In this document: positions 1 to 12,410 of the stretch, in pieces
How the letters are laid out: each line of letters begins with the position of its first letter
How positions within the stretch are numbered: the first letter of the stretch is position 1
Assembly: GCF_006345805.1 (NCBI RefSeq)
Contig: NC_043006.1
Span: forward strand, 80,600,001-80,664,000
DNA from: Octopus sinensis
Lineage: Eukaryota
DNA length: 64,000 nucleotides
Direction of reading: 5' to 3'
Notes under the pieces: generated by a model
The model's input: only the letters and a program-made list of their open reading frames with translations
Databases searched by the model: none
Told to the model about the DNA's origin: nothing
Program-made: the position numbers and the translations under genes

Positions 1-1508
1 CTTGAAGGTGTCCTGCTTGCAAAATCGTTAGTAAGCCAGGCAAATGCTTAGTGGCATTTCGTCCGTTTTTTTCGTTCTGGGTTCAAATGCTGTCGGATTA
101 GACTTTGTCTTTCACACTTGGGCGTCAATAAAATAAGTATCATTTGAGCACTGGGGTTTATTTAATCGACTTATCCTTTCCTCTAAGTTTCTGGCCTTGT
201 ATCAAAATTTGAAACCAATAGTCGTCTTCTTAGCTGTAAATACAAGATTGCAGACACAATCAACCACACACACATGCACACAGCACATATTCTCACACAC
301 ATACATACATGTATACGTACAATCATAAATATCCATACACATACATTCACGCACATAGCCGCACATGCGCATTCGCCCACACGCATATATACACACATAC
401 GCTCAAACACACACACACACACACACACAAGTAAGCACACACATTCCCAACAACACAACTACACATACAAGCATACATGCTCACACACAGTCCGTGTACA
501 CACACGCGAACACACATGTATATAATGTTAAACACACAACCACACCCGTACAAATGTGCATACTCCCACCCACCCCCACCCCCATACACGCACGCACATA
601 TACACACATTCGCACTTGTATTCTTATTTCAACGAATAGTTAACTCTGTTTTTGGCCATCTAAACCTAAACCCAAAAATCCGTGATGCGCTATTCTCAGA
701 CCATACACTGAGCTAAAAATATGTTTAGATTACAGATAATTTTGAAATGGTGAGGCAATTTGTTGTTTAAATTTTAGTTTCTCCACATAGAACATACTTC
801 GTCGGCGTCCGAGCATCAGACATGACACACATTCCCACTTTAAATCAATCCAGAAAGTAGGTGTGGCGGAAATGTTTTTCACCAATTACACCAAAATATA
901 TCTATTTACGCTGACCTTACCCCATTGATTTGAAAGGAAGAAAATCATAGATTATTTACTCTAGTGAAGTGGCCGGTGAACCGGGGTAAATTATCAGAAG
1001 TGGGGTAAAAATGAAATTCCTAGGGGATAATGAGGATTCAGGAGAGATGAGTAAAATGAAAATGTATTAGAGAGAGATATACATAAACATACATATACAT
1101 ATAAGCATATATATAATTATATGTATATATATTTATGGATATGTATGTATATATGTATATGCATATTTACATATATGTATGTATATATATATAATATTGA
1201 GTTGCACACTTGCATCAATATACACATGCAAGCATAAGTATATGAGCGTGTTTATACAACCATATATAGAACTAAATACCTGCACAAACCGCCTCAACAT
1301 ACCGAATTCTATATATTTATATATAAAAAAATTAGAAAAAAACACCTTTTATCAATTCAAAATGTTAAATTACACCATCTAGAAAATTACATATAATAGA
1401 AATATTAAAATTAAAATAACAATAAAATATCAATGATTAAGTAAATTGCAAAAAAAAAAAATAAAAACATATATAATTTGTAGAATAACGACACGTGTTT
1501 CGTGGCTA

Positions 1509-1576
<68 letters not shown>

Positions 1577-1699
1577 TATGTATGCATGGAGTTGAGCGTT
1601 TGCCCGTGTGCAGTTATGTGTTTTGATCGAAATATGGACAACATTCGTAAGATAGCTTCATTGTATACATACATACATAATACATACTATATATATATT

Positions 1700-2335
1700 T
1701 ATATGTTTTAGTTTCAGTCCAAAGACTGTCGCCATTCGAGGGCACCACCGTTTACTATGTTACATTTGCGCTGGACCTTATCTGACGTGTGATGTTTGGT
1801 GGATGCGGGAGTTTGGCGTTACTGACATCGTCTGTGTTTCTTCCCTTGAGCTAGGTTCAACCGGAACTCTTGCCAGAACGAAATCCGGTTTTGTTTTGAA
1901 AAAGCCTTATTCTACACTATGCAGGTCTCTTAGGGTTTGTGGGAGGAAAAAGAAGAGTTGTGGGCCTTTGTAAACGAAACTGTTGCAGTATCTGTTTCTG
2001 TATCCTGATGGGGATTTTTGGTACCATGCAGTGGCGCACCATCCTGCTGTTTATGTAACTGACAATGCCAAGGTTTGGCACAAGATTTTCTAGGATTTTC
2101 CAGATGTATATTACTACATATATTTCTCGCCATCACTCCAGGGAGCTGAGTATTAACTCTTTCAGTCTTTCCCGGTAGCTGATATGTCGCATTGTTGTCG
2201 ATCTTCTTGTAGCTTCGTTGGATCGGCTAGAACTCCGTCGTCAATATTACACTGCTTGGTGATCAAAGTTGGGGCAAGTAATCAAAACGGCTGAGAACGA
2301 AATTCCTCCAGAGGACGAACATGGTTTCCTTTTCA
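1700..2335 (-). mobile_element. Decayed 3' fragment of a CR1/L2-like LINE (post-RT C-terminal region), with stops and frameshifts
   Basis: The minus strand translates across frames to FVLSRFDYLPQL*SP...QRSYK...SYRERLKELILSSLE*WREIYVVIYIWKILENLVPNLG. This aligns by eye to FVRPHLEYCCSLWSP...DYWDRLKALKLYSLQRRRERYIICTMWKIYRQLCPNDL in the adjacent + strand LINE. Confidence 0.75.
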
Positions 2336-2392
2336 TATATATAGATATATAGGTGTGTTTGTGAGTGTGTGTGTGTGAGTATATATATATAT

Positions 2393-2436
<44 letters not shown>

Positions 2437-2437
<1 letters not shown>

Positions 2438-3705
2438 GCGTTCGACAGGGTAGACCAAAACATCCTACTCTTAAAATTGGCAAATGTTGGAATCCGTGGA
2501 AAAATTCTACGCTGGATTCAGTATTTCCTGGCGAATAGAACACAACATGTTGTAGTTGATGAAGTCCACTCAAAGCCAGCAAAAGTCACCAGCGGTGTTC
2601 CCCAGGGAACTGTTTTGGGTCCGCTACTCTTCATAATTTACGTAAACGACCTTTCCAGTGTCGTACATCACTGTAAAGTGAAAATATTCGCTGATGACAC
2701 TAAGCTCCAGCAAATCGTCAATGAAGAAGCAGACCGAACTCAACTCCAGTCTGATCTATATGCTGTGAGTCAATGGGCAGACAGAAACAAAATGCAACTG
2801 AATGAGGGAAAATTTGAGCTGATGCATTTTGGAAGAAATTCCTCACTAAAACAACCATACTCTCTTCCTTCAGGGGAACCGCTCACAGCCTCTAACAATA
2901 TCAGAGACCTGGGTGTAATTGTTGATGACTATCTCAGTTGGAGTGCACACATCAACAAGAAGGTCGATATAGCTCGTAGGATGAGTTCCTGGATCTTAAG
3001 AACTTTCCGGTCCAGAGAACAAGGTGTCATCATACCACTTTTTTCCTCCTTTGTACGGCCACACCTTGAATACTGCTGCTCACTGTGGTCTCCTCACACA
3101 AGACAAAACATCTCCAGAATTGAGTCACCCCAGAGGGCTCTCACTATACAAATTGAAGGCATGGCTGCTCTCGATTATTGGGATCGCCTTAAAGCCTTGA
3201 AACTTTACTCCCTCCAGCGTCGCCGTGAGCGGTACATCATTTGTACGATGTGGAAAATATACCGCCAACTTTGCCCAAACGACCTAAACATTAGCTTCAA
3301 GGTTCATCCAAGACTTGGACCACGGGCTATACGTCCCCTGCCAAATTCAAGATCACAACATACATGTACACTGCAACATAATTTCTTTTCCTCAACAGGC
3401 CCTGCCCTATTTAACATTGTCCCGAGGGAGATCAAAGAGGAAAAGGATCCCATCAACTTCAAACAGAGTCTGGATAGATTCCTTCAAAGAATACCAGATA
3501 AGCCACCCATAATTGGATACAACTCACCCAACAAGAACTCACTACTTGAACAAAACTGGATACAACTCACCCAACAAGAACTCACTACTTGAACAAAACT
3601 TGACTTAAACAGGATTCGAATAATCCTATCAGGTGGCGCTATTAAGTTAGACATGGCCTGGACCAATCTCTGGTCGAAACATATCTAAGTTTATCTAAGT
3701 TTATA
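2437..3705 (+). mobile_element. 5'-truncated non-LTR retrotransposon (CR1/L2-type), RT domain to 3' end, open frame 2437..3592
   Basis: Stop-free frame with RT motifs AFDRVD, SGVPQGTVLGPLLFIIYVNDL, IFADDTKL and RDLGVIVDD. The 5' end abuts a (TA)n tract (the upstream Met/IY run in the ORF track is microsatellite). A short 3' UTR ends in tatctaagtt repeats and TA. Confidence 0.92.
3515..3600 (+). repeat. Perfect 43-bp tandem duplication at the end of the LINE ORF
   Basis: ggatacaactcacccaacaagaactcactacttgaacaaaact occurs at 3515-3557 and again at 3558-3600. Confidence 0.95.
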
Positions 3706-3780
3706 TATATATAAATATATATACATATGTATATCTCTCTATATATAATGTATATATAAAATGTATGTTTATATACTCTT

Positions 3781-4050
3781 TACTCTTTTTAACATTTAAT
3801 TGTTTCAGTGATATCCCTGCGGCCATGCTGGAGCACCGCCTTTAGTCGAGCAAATCGACCCCATGACTTATTCTTTGTAAGCCTTGTACTTATTCTTTTG
3901 CCGAACCGCTAAGTTACGGGGATGTATAGACACCAGCATCGATTGTCAAGCGATGTTGGGGGGACAAACACAGACACACAAACATACACACACATACACT
4001 TATATATATATACATATATACGACGGGCTTCTTTCAGTTTCCGTCTACCA
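3781..4050 (-). mobile_element. tRNA-derived SINE (Octopus OK/OR-type; family name not verified), partial
   Basis: Shares gcggccatgctggagcaccgcctttagtcgagcaaatcgacc...gccgaaccgctaagttacgggga...gacgggcttctttcagtttccgtctaccaaatccactc with at least nine other copies in the window. Confidence 0.8.
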
Positions 4051-4646
4051 AATCCACTCGCACACACACACACACACGGACACACACATATTTGTATGTG
4101 TGTTGTGCGTCTGCGAAACATAAGTTAACACTCGATTTGTCCATAAGTTTTTACTTTTTACATTCTATTTTTATTTCTTTTATATTACTTTATTAATCTT
4201 TTTCGTATTTTTATTCGTATTTTTAATTCGTAGTTTTTATCCGGATTTACTTACAATTTTTTTCATTCGTATTTTTTTAGTCGTATTTCATATCCGTTTT
4301 ATTCCTTAAATTTTTAGGTCTTAAATTTATAAGGTTCATGAATTTATTTATACTTATATATCTATAAGTAATTTTGACAAACATAGTGATATATAAGGAG
4401 TAGTTATATTAATAAATGTGGGGAAAGTAGACCTGATGGTTGGGAGTGCGTAATATAATGAGTTTTTGAATGAGACATTGTGTATTAACAATACCATATG
4501 TACCCTAATGAAACACGTGTAGTCCGTAGAATGGAAAATTTGGGGATTATGAATAGAGATAGTAAGTATAATATTTAATATTTTATGGCTTGGTCAAGAT
4601 AATACCTTTCGGAGATGATGAAGTTGTGTTTCTGCCTCTAACACTA

Positions 4647-4714
4647 CGTATGTATGTATGTATGTATGTATGTATGTATGTATGTATGTATGTATGTATG
4701 TATGTATGTATGTA
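4647..4714. repeat. (TATG)n microsatellite abutting the mariner left end
   Basis: Direct reading of about 17 units. Confidence 0.95.
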
Positions 4715-6005
4715 CGAGGGACGTTCAATAAGTAATGCTTCTGACCCACTTGCAGTTGTTTGATCTAGCTGAAATTTTGCATGTGCAATCATTTATATCT
4801 CTATAGAATAAGTGGCAAATTACATATCTGAATTGATTGTGGTTTCTGATTTACAGGTGTTTGAACCGAGTCAAGTGTGAAATGGAGCATGTTGAGTGTC
4901 GAGCAGTGATCCGGTTTTTGTATTTGAAAGGACGCACACCACGGGAGACTTTTGATGAAATGAAAGTAACTTATGGTGATGATGCCCCATCATATGACCT
5001 TGTAAAACGCTGGCATTGTGAATTCAAACATGGTCGGAACTCTGTGGAAACAGCTCCCAGATCTGGTCGCCCCCTTCTGCCATTGATGAGGCATCTGTCC
5101 GTCAAGTTGAGGCTGCCATTTTGGAAGATCAACGCATAATTATTCGCCAAATAGCCCATGAGGTCAAGATTAGTACCGGGTCTGTGGAAACTATCATTCA
5201 TGACCATTCGCATATGCAAAAGGTGTCTGCCAGATGGATTCCCAGGTTGCTCATGCCTTTCCAGAAGCAAGAACGCGTCGAGTGCTCGAGGGTGAATTTG
5301 GAGATGTGCCAAGAAGATGAGTCAAAATTTTTCAAAAGACTGATTACACAGGATGAAACCTGGGTCCATCACGATGATCCAGAGACCAAAGCCCAGTCAA
5401 TGCAGTGGAAGCACCGTGACTCACGCCCTCCAAAGAAGGCAAGGGTGCACCTCTCCGCTGGCAAGATCATGCTCACAGTCTTCTGGGACCAGGACGGAGT
5501 AGTGATGACAGATTTCCTGGCAAAGGGTACCACAATTGCAGGAGCCTATTATGCTTCACTTTTGAGGAAATTAAGAGAAGTTATCAAAATCAAGAGGCGG
5601 GGCAAGATCAGCAAAGGCATCCTCCTCCTGCAGGACAATGCTCCGGTCCACAACTCGCTTGTCGCCAGATCAGAAGCACAGGCGTATGGCTATGAACTCC
5701 TCCCCATCCCCCCTACTTTCCTGACCTTGCACCCTCTGAATTTCACCTCTTCCCAATCATGAAGTTGTTTTTGAAAGGAAAGCGTTTCCCAGATGATGCA
5801 GCCTTGATTTCTGAAGTCACGTTGAGGTTGGAGGACCAAGCTGGGTTCTTCTACAAAAACGGTCTCCAAAGCCGCATCAAACGATGGGAGAAATGCGTAA
5901 CTCTGGGTGGTTCCTATGTAGAAAAAGACTAATAACTGTGCCAAGTTTCGTTGCTCTACTGCTATGGGAAGTGGGTCAGGGGCATTACTTATTGAACGCC
6001 CCTCG
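4715..6005 (+). mobile_element. Near-complete mariner (Tc1/mariner) DNA transposon, 1291 bp; transposase pseudogene 4882..5932 with two 1-nt frameshifts
   Basis: The left TIR cgagggacgttcaataagtaatgc (4715) and right TIR gcattacttattgaacgcccctcg (ending 6005) differ by 1 mismatch in 24. TA flanks both ends. Motifs WIPRLL, ITQDETWVH, LLQDNAPVH and PDLAPSEFHLF are present. Frame breaks lie near 5072 and 5706. Confidence 0.95.
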
Positions 6006-6007
6006 TA

Positions 6008-6207
6008 TATGTTTGTCCCCCAATATCGCTTGACAGTCGATGGTGGTGTCTTTACGTCCCCGTAACTTAGCGGTTCGGCAAAAGGCTCTGATAGAATAAG
6101 TACTAGGTTTCCAAAGAATAAGTCCTGGGGTCGACTTGCTCGACGAAAGGCTGTTCTCCAGCATGGTCGCAGTCAAATGACTGAAAGAAGTAAAAGAGTA
6201 AAAGAGT
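6008..6207 (+). mobile_element. tRNA-derived SINE 3' part with (AAAGAGT)n tail
   Basis: Reverse complement of the 3781-type repeat, ending gtaaaagagtaaaagagta. Confidence 0.8.
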
Positions 6208-6524
6208 ATATATATATATATATATAAATCTGCGCAGTAGATTTTGAAAAAATTAGGATATATAAATGGGAGGCATATAGTTTGATTGCCTTGTTGTTTA
6301 TATATTTAACCCAAGGTGTACATGTTGAGGACGATTTCACGTCGTGAGCAAATATTACTTATTTGCTTGCTAAACTAAAATCAGAAACCAATTGGTCCAG
6401 GAAATTTGTTGGTAAAATGTTTTTATTTTTTCATTTCGTTCCTGTCGAATTTTATCCCTAATTTTGTGGTTATAGAACCTAGCTGTTGAATTCCACGAGT
6501 GGATTCCTTATGTGTTTATATGTA

Positions 6525-6563
<39 letters not shown>

Positions 6564-6610
6564 ACTAAGAAGAAAGTAACAAGAATGGAACAAGAATGGA
6601 AATTTTGCTG

Positions 6611-6660
<50 letters not shown>

Positions 6661-6679
6661 TATAATATATATATGTTAT

Positions 6680-6853
6680 TTTATTCATTCTTTCTGTCAG
6701 TCATTTTGCTGGAGCACTGTCTTTAGTCAAACAAATCGACCCCAGGACTTATTCTTTGTATCCCTAATATTTATTCTATCGGTCTCTTTTGCCGAGCCGC
6801 TAAGTGACGGGGATGTAAACACGCCAACATTAGCTGTCAAGCGATGATGCGAA

Positions 6854-6925
<72 letters not shown>

Positions 6926-7069
6926 GGTCTTCTTTAAGTTTCCGCCTACCAAATCCAATCACAAGCCTTTTGTCGACCCGAGGCAATACTAGAAAACATT
7001 CGCTCAATGTGTTACGTGGTAGACTGAACTCGGAACCATGTGGTTTGTAAGGAAGCTACTTATCACACA
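6680..7069 (-). mobile_element. tRNA-derived SINE, head end interrupted by a Helitron insertion
   Basis: Same family sequence as above, breaking at gctacttatcacaca where the Helitron begins. Confidence 0.75.
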
Positions 7070-7470
7070 TCTACTCTTGCTCTTATATATATAAAGCTGA
7101 AGTTGTCTGTGTATGGCAGGTTTGGTAGCCTTCAACTAACACTATCTCCTCCGAGACCCTGCGGCGCAAGTTGATCGAAATTGAGAGTATTATAGAAAAA
7201 GGCTTGCTCTTCCTTCCGTAGAAAAAAAATTCAAATCGGACCAAGTTAGCACCAAAGATTATTTACATAAAAAAGTGCTTTTTTTTCTATGAAGATTCCT
7301 CTTTTTTACGATTAATTGACCTCTGTGTCGCCATTTTTCGGTGTATTTCAACCAGAAAAATGTTCACTTAAAGAGAATAACAAGCTACATAATGCAAAAC
7401 TTTTATTTTTTAAAAATTCTAATTCTAAAGGATCGAAACAAACCCGAACAACGCCGGGCGATACAGCTAG
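7070..7470 (+). mobile_element. Complete non-autonomous Helitron (about 400 bp)
   Basis: 5' end is A|TC followed by ...tatatatataaagctgaagttgtctgtgt. The 3' end has a hairpin cccg-aacaacgc-cggg (7443-7458) and then ATACAGCTAG|T. These are canonical Helitron termini at an AT target. Confidence 0.8.
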
Positions 7471-7489
7471 TATATATATATATATATAT

Positions 7490-7691
7490 AATTGTAGCGT
7501 GGAAGGTGTTTATAAGCCATTTAAGAAACATACAAAAACCGTCAGATTCACTTCAACATTTAAATTTAAATTCAACATTAAAATTAGAAATAAACATAAA
7601 AATTTAAACTAATATGAAAATGAAAATTAAATTTTTTTGTGTATTTTGTGTATTTCTTAAATGGCTTATAAACACCTTCCACGCTGCAATT
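7490..7691. repeat. Foldback/MITE-like unit with 39-bp inverted arms
   Basis: aattgtagcgtggaaggtgtttataagccatttaagaaa (7490-7528) pairs with tttcttaaatggcttataaacaccttccacgctgcaatt (7653-7691), 1 mismatch. Confidence 0.85.
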
Positions 7692-9454
7692 GTTTTCGTT
7701 CCATCACACGATCTCCGATGAAGTCACTCGCTATGCAAGTACATCTCCGTAATATGTATGTATATATATATATATATATATAAAAACTATGTCAAACACA
7801 CATACACGATATATGTGTGTATTGTTAGTTAGGAGGGCGGCTGCAATTTCAATGCCCTTGGTTTATTGAGATTATATACTCCTACGCCTAAGAAACGTAG
7901 CCGTCTGGCAAACTAACAAAACACACCTTTTTTATGTGTACTTTACTTTGTTTATATATCTCGAGCTGTCTCTAATTGATATCTGAATTTTTTTCCGTGG
8001 CATAACATGTTGGGATATGCTAGTAGATGGTTCTTAAACTATTTACCATACAGTCATAGCCAGTTAGATCACAGGAGACCCCTTGCTCGGTACGCAGCAT
8101 TGACAAGTCACAATAATGAGGAAACAACGATGTGTATGTGTTGCTCCGGCAAAAAGAGATCGGATGAGTGTTGTCTCACATGTTTATGACCTGCTTTCGA
8201 GTGTTTTTGCACCAAGGGCATTGAGAATATATTCTCGTATGCCTAAAAAACGCAGTCGCCCGACAAACTAACAACACACACTCTTCATGTATGAGTGTTC
8301 AACATTGTTTATATGTCTCGAGTGTCAGTCAGCGGACTCAGTATATTTCTTTTAAAAATATATTCTAATATACTCTTTTACTCTTTTACTTGTTTAAGTC
8401 ATTTGACTGTGGCCATGCTGGAGTACCGCCTTTAGCCGAGAAAATCGACCCCAGGACTTTTTCTTTCTAAGCCTAGTTTTTATTCTATCGGTCTCTTTTG
8501 CCGAACCACTATGTTACGGGGACGTAAACACACCAATATCGGATGTCAAGTGATATAAAAAGTCCACAACAAAATCAAAAATGTTCAAATAAAAGTCTCT
8601 AATGCAAACACAAAAAAGAGCAGAAAGACAGACAAGAGAAAAGAATGAAGGAAGACAGTTCAAATGACAACAAAATTCAACTCTGGTAATCCTTTGTAGC
8701 ACAGTTTAAAATCCCTTGCAGCACAAAAATTGCAGCAAAAAATTCCTGGTTGTACTCCAAATGGTAAAATTCTGGTTGTACTCCAATTAGTAAAACCCAC
8801 GAAGTGCACACAATCATATAAAATCAAATTTTCGGAAGGACACACCTCCCGAAAACACACACAATTCTCACTAAAAAGTGAGACTTTTAGTACGACCACT
8901 GGCAAACAAATGTCTGGAACACAGTTGAGACCCTTGTTCAAAAAAAATTACCATACAACGGACTTCACTAAGCTCCCCACCCCCCAAAAAATACAAATGC
9001 CTTACCTGTGGGCGTGCTTCAAATGTTCAATTTCAACGTCAAACGACGTTACTTTCTCAGCGCAGAAAAAATCGCGTCCACAACTTAGTAGTAAGCAAGC
9101 TACTTACCACACAGCCACTCCTAACAACAACAACAATGGAAACAAGCATTCTAAGCATACCCACTCGTAATCAATACAAGAGAGAAAAGAAATGATTCAG
9201 AGGGTATAATGGCATGGGTTTGCGTAATTCAATTAAAGGGTGTTGCACAGATTGATGTTAACGATAAATTTTTGAATAGTTGAGGCATCTTTCCGAGAGG
9301 GTGACAGAAAACAAAAGCTTGTCATAGAGGTTAGCTTCTGCCAAGAACAAGAAAATTTCAACAAATTTGAATATATACTTCCTCATGTTTTTTCAACCTT
9401 GTCGCCATAATACAGTCTCAATTACAGATCAGAAACTATAACTTCACGTATACT

Positions 9455-9649
9455 CTTTTACTCTTTTACATGTTTCAGTCACTTGACTGTGGCCATGCTG
9501 GAGCACCGCCTTTAGTCGAGCAAATCGACCACAGGACTTATTCTTTGTAAGCCTATTACTTATGCTATCGGTCGATTTTGCCGACCCGCTAAGTTACGGG
9601 GACGTGAACACACCAGCATTGGTTGTCAAGTGATGTTGGGGGGGGGCAT

Positions 9650-9686
<37 letters not shown>

Positions 9687-9797
9687 CACACACACATATA
9701 CATATATACGACGGGCTTCTTTCACTTTCCGTCTACCAAATCCACTCACAAGGCTTTGGTCGACCCGAGGCTATAGTAGAAGACACTTGCCCAAGGT
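9455..9797 (-). mobile_element. tRNA-derived SINE
   Basis: Family sequence with an internal (CA)n/(TA)n tract, ending at agacacttgcccaagg. Confidence 0.8.
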
Positions 9798-11305
9798 ATA
9801 GAAAAATATTTTGCATTATTTCCATGACGATGTTTAGAAATGGACATAGTGCAATATTATATTTCTACCTTGATAGCAACACACTGTCCGTCAGAAATTT
9901 ACTTTTAATTTCTGTATTGGCATTGGTACTTATGATATATACACAAACATACATGGAGCATCTTCAAAGAACTTTTGCTCTCTCTATTGTATTGAGTACT
10001 ACTTCTCCGAATTATTACCCAAAAATATGTATATGTGTGTTTGTGTTGTGCATGTGTGTGCATAATAAACCTATTTAAATGCATACATACGTGGATAAAT
10101 ACAAAGGCGTATGCACACAGGTAAAATCAGAATATGTGTATATATAGATATGTGTATACATGCACGTGTGTTTGTACAAACATTATATACATGTGTGTAT
10201 GTGTGAGTGCGTGCGTATATGTGTGTGTTACACGTATACATATACATAAACATTTATACAGCCATATCTTCACGCCCATAGAGTGAGAGCTACTTATACA
10301 TAACCAAAATATTTACTTATACGGAAGTGGAGAGAAAACAGAAAAAGACGTATTTATATTGTAACCTTTTTAGCATACAATTAATGTAACGTATGGCAGT
10401 ATACGAATGTACAATAAGAAATACACTCGTTTAGCTGTACACACAATACTAGATATATTTGAAATAAATATATAAGCGTGACATATATTATCCTTATTAG
10501 ACGTAGTTTATTTTATTATTATTTTGATCCATTAATCTATTTCTACACAAATTTCTAAGACTCTCTTCCCTCCTTTAGTTATTGCTATGACTTACTGCAG
10601 GTTATTTTCGGTTAGCCAATCCCGAATGTTACGACGACTGTTTACAATTCGTCTGCACAGTACGTGCATGCATAGAAAAGGAGGAAACAGAATTATGCCC
10701 GTTTCGATTCTTGTTGAAATTGTGTTATCATCTGTATATCTTCACCTATCAATGAACATACTGCTTACCAGCTTATACACTTTGCACCTGTGTGAAAACC
10801 CTACACATACCTTCCCAGCCACGCATTTCTCACATGCAGGTATGGCAGCATAGTTTAGAAGCTCGCTTCGGAACCATGTAGGTTTAGGTACAGTCCTACT
10901 GCTCACCATCTACGGCGTCATCTATTGCGCCGGACCGACCACTGCATAGTGAGTGAATTTGGCACACGGAATCTGTGTGGAATCCCATGGAATATATATA
11001 CTTTTTGTTTTATTAAAGCTGCAAGAAGATCACAAACAACCTGTTTCAAGTTCCCCTTCGTCGGGAAGTTATGATAAAAAAATCTACCCGACGAACGGAT
11101 CGTGAAACACTGAGTAGCCGTTTATTGTGAATTTCTAGCAGCTTTAATTTATAAAAAAAGTACATTAAATCCGGTTTTCGAGTAGTTCAGTGGAGGTCGA
11201 CTTTGTCATTCCTCCTTTTTGGGGTCGATAAAATAAGTACCAGTCGTGCACTGGGGTCGATGTAATTCACTTAGCCCTCCCTAAAGTGTCACATATTACA
11301 TTTAC

Positions 11306-11720
<415 letters not shown>

Positions 11721-11723
11721 CCG

Positions 11724-11758
<35 letters not shown>

Positions 11759-12159
11759 TAAAGGGTTGAACAGAGTAAACAAGGAGAAAAAAAAAGACGA
11801 AAGCAGAGCAAACAGGAAACTAGACGAAAACATATCGGACGGGAAATATAGACAAAGACACGATACACGGAATATTCGCAGCTGAGTTTTTTAATATCGC
11901 TCGCAGAATTCTAGAAATCAGTTAAATAAATTTATAAATACGAATAAATTCTAAGCCGAATTTGAAACCTATTCTCTCAATGTACATTTTTGTAGCAATC
12001 TATATTATAAAATATATATAAATAGGTAAATATATATAAATATTCTTAGTAACACTATATAACTAGTGTTACTAATGATGAGAAATTAATTTAATATTCC
12101 CGTGTTTATAAATAGTGTTTTGACTGCTGTTAGTGTTTGTATAATGTCTCAGATCTGCA

Positions 12160-12308
12160 ATGGGAGTGCCATCATTGTGGCGAATTCTACAACCTGTAAA
12201 GAAGGAGGTATATTTATCAGAATTAAGTGGTTATAAAATCGCAATAGACCTGAATACCTGGATAGTTGAATGTAAATTATGTACCGCTTACAAGAATATT
12301 TACTTAAG
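12160..12308 (+). CDS. GEN1: GEN1 coding exon 1 (XPG-N domain start)
   Basis: Translates to MGVPSLWRILQPVKKEVYLSELSGYKIAIDLNTWIVEC...NIYL(R), with catalytic D30 in AIDL. Donor AG|gtagga, phase 2. A possible upstream acceptor (cag at 12150-12152) suggests an unidentified 5' UTR exon. Confidence 0.9.
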
Positions 12309-12410
12309 GTAGGAGAATTGTTTTGCAACGACTATATTTTATTTTGATATATTGCGATTTCACTAGATATAGCGTATCGAGATAAAAGAATAATATATTA
12401 CCATTCCGGT

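Noticed and set aside
183-716. Several 60-90 aa ORFs rich in H/T or C/V
   Set aside because: Translations of degenerate (CA)n/(TG)n repeats. The same applies to ORFs at 1411-1711, 40973-42213, 59658-60979 and 63414-63793.
2369-2436. N-terminal MCVSIYIY... of the 407-aa ORF as a real start
   Set aside because: Microsatellite that happens to be in frame; LINE homology starts at about 2437.
9085-9125. GTAAGC as donor of a GEN1 5' UTR exon
   Set aside because: It lies inside a SINE fragment (gtaagcaagctacttaccacacagccactcct). The GTGAGT near 10949 is likewise SINE-derived.
8730-9170. 146-aa ORF
   Set aside because: No recognisable motif, and it runs through a SINE fragment and an AAC repeat.
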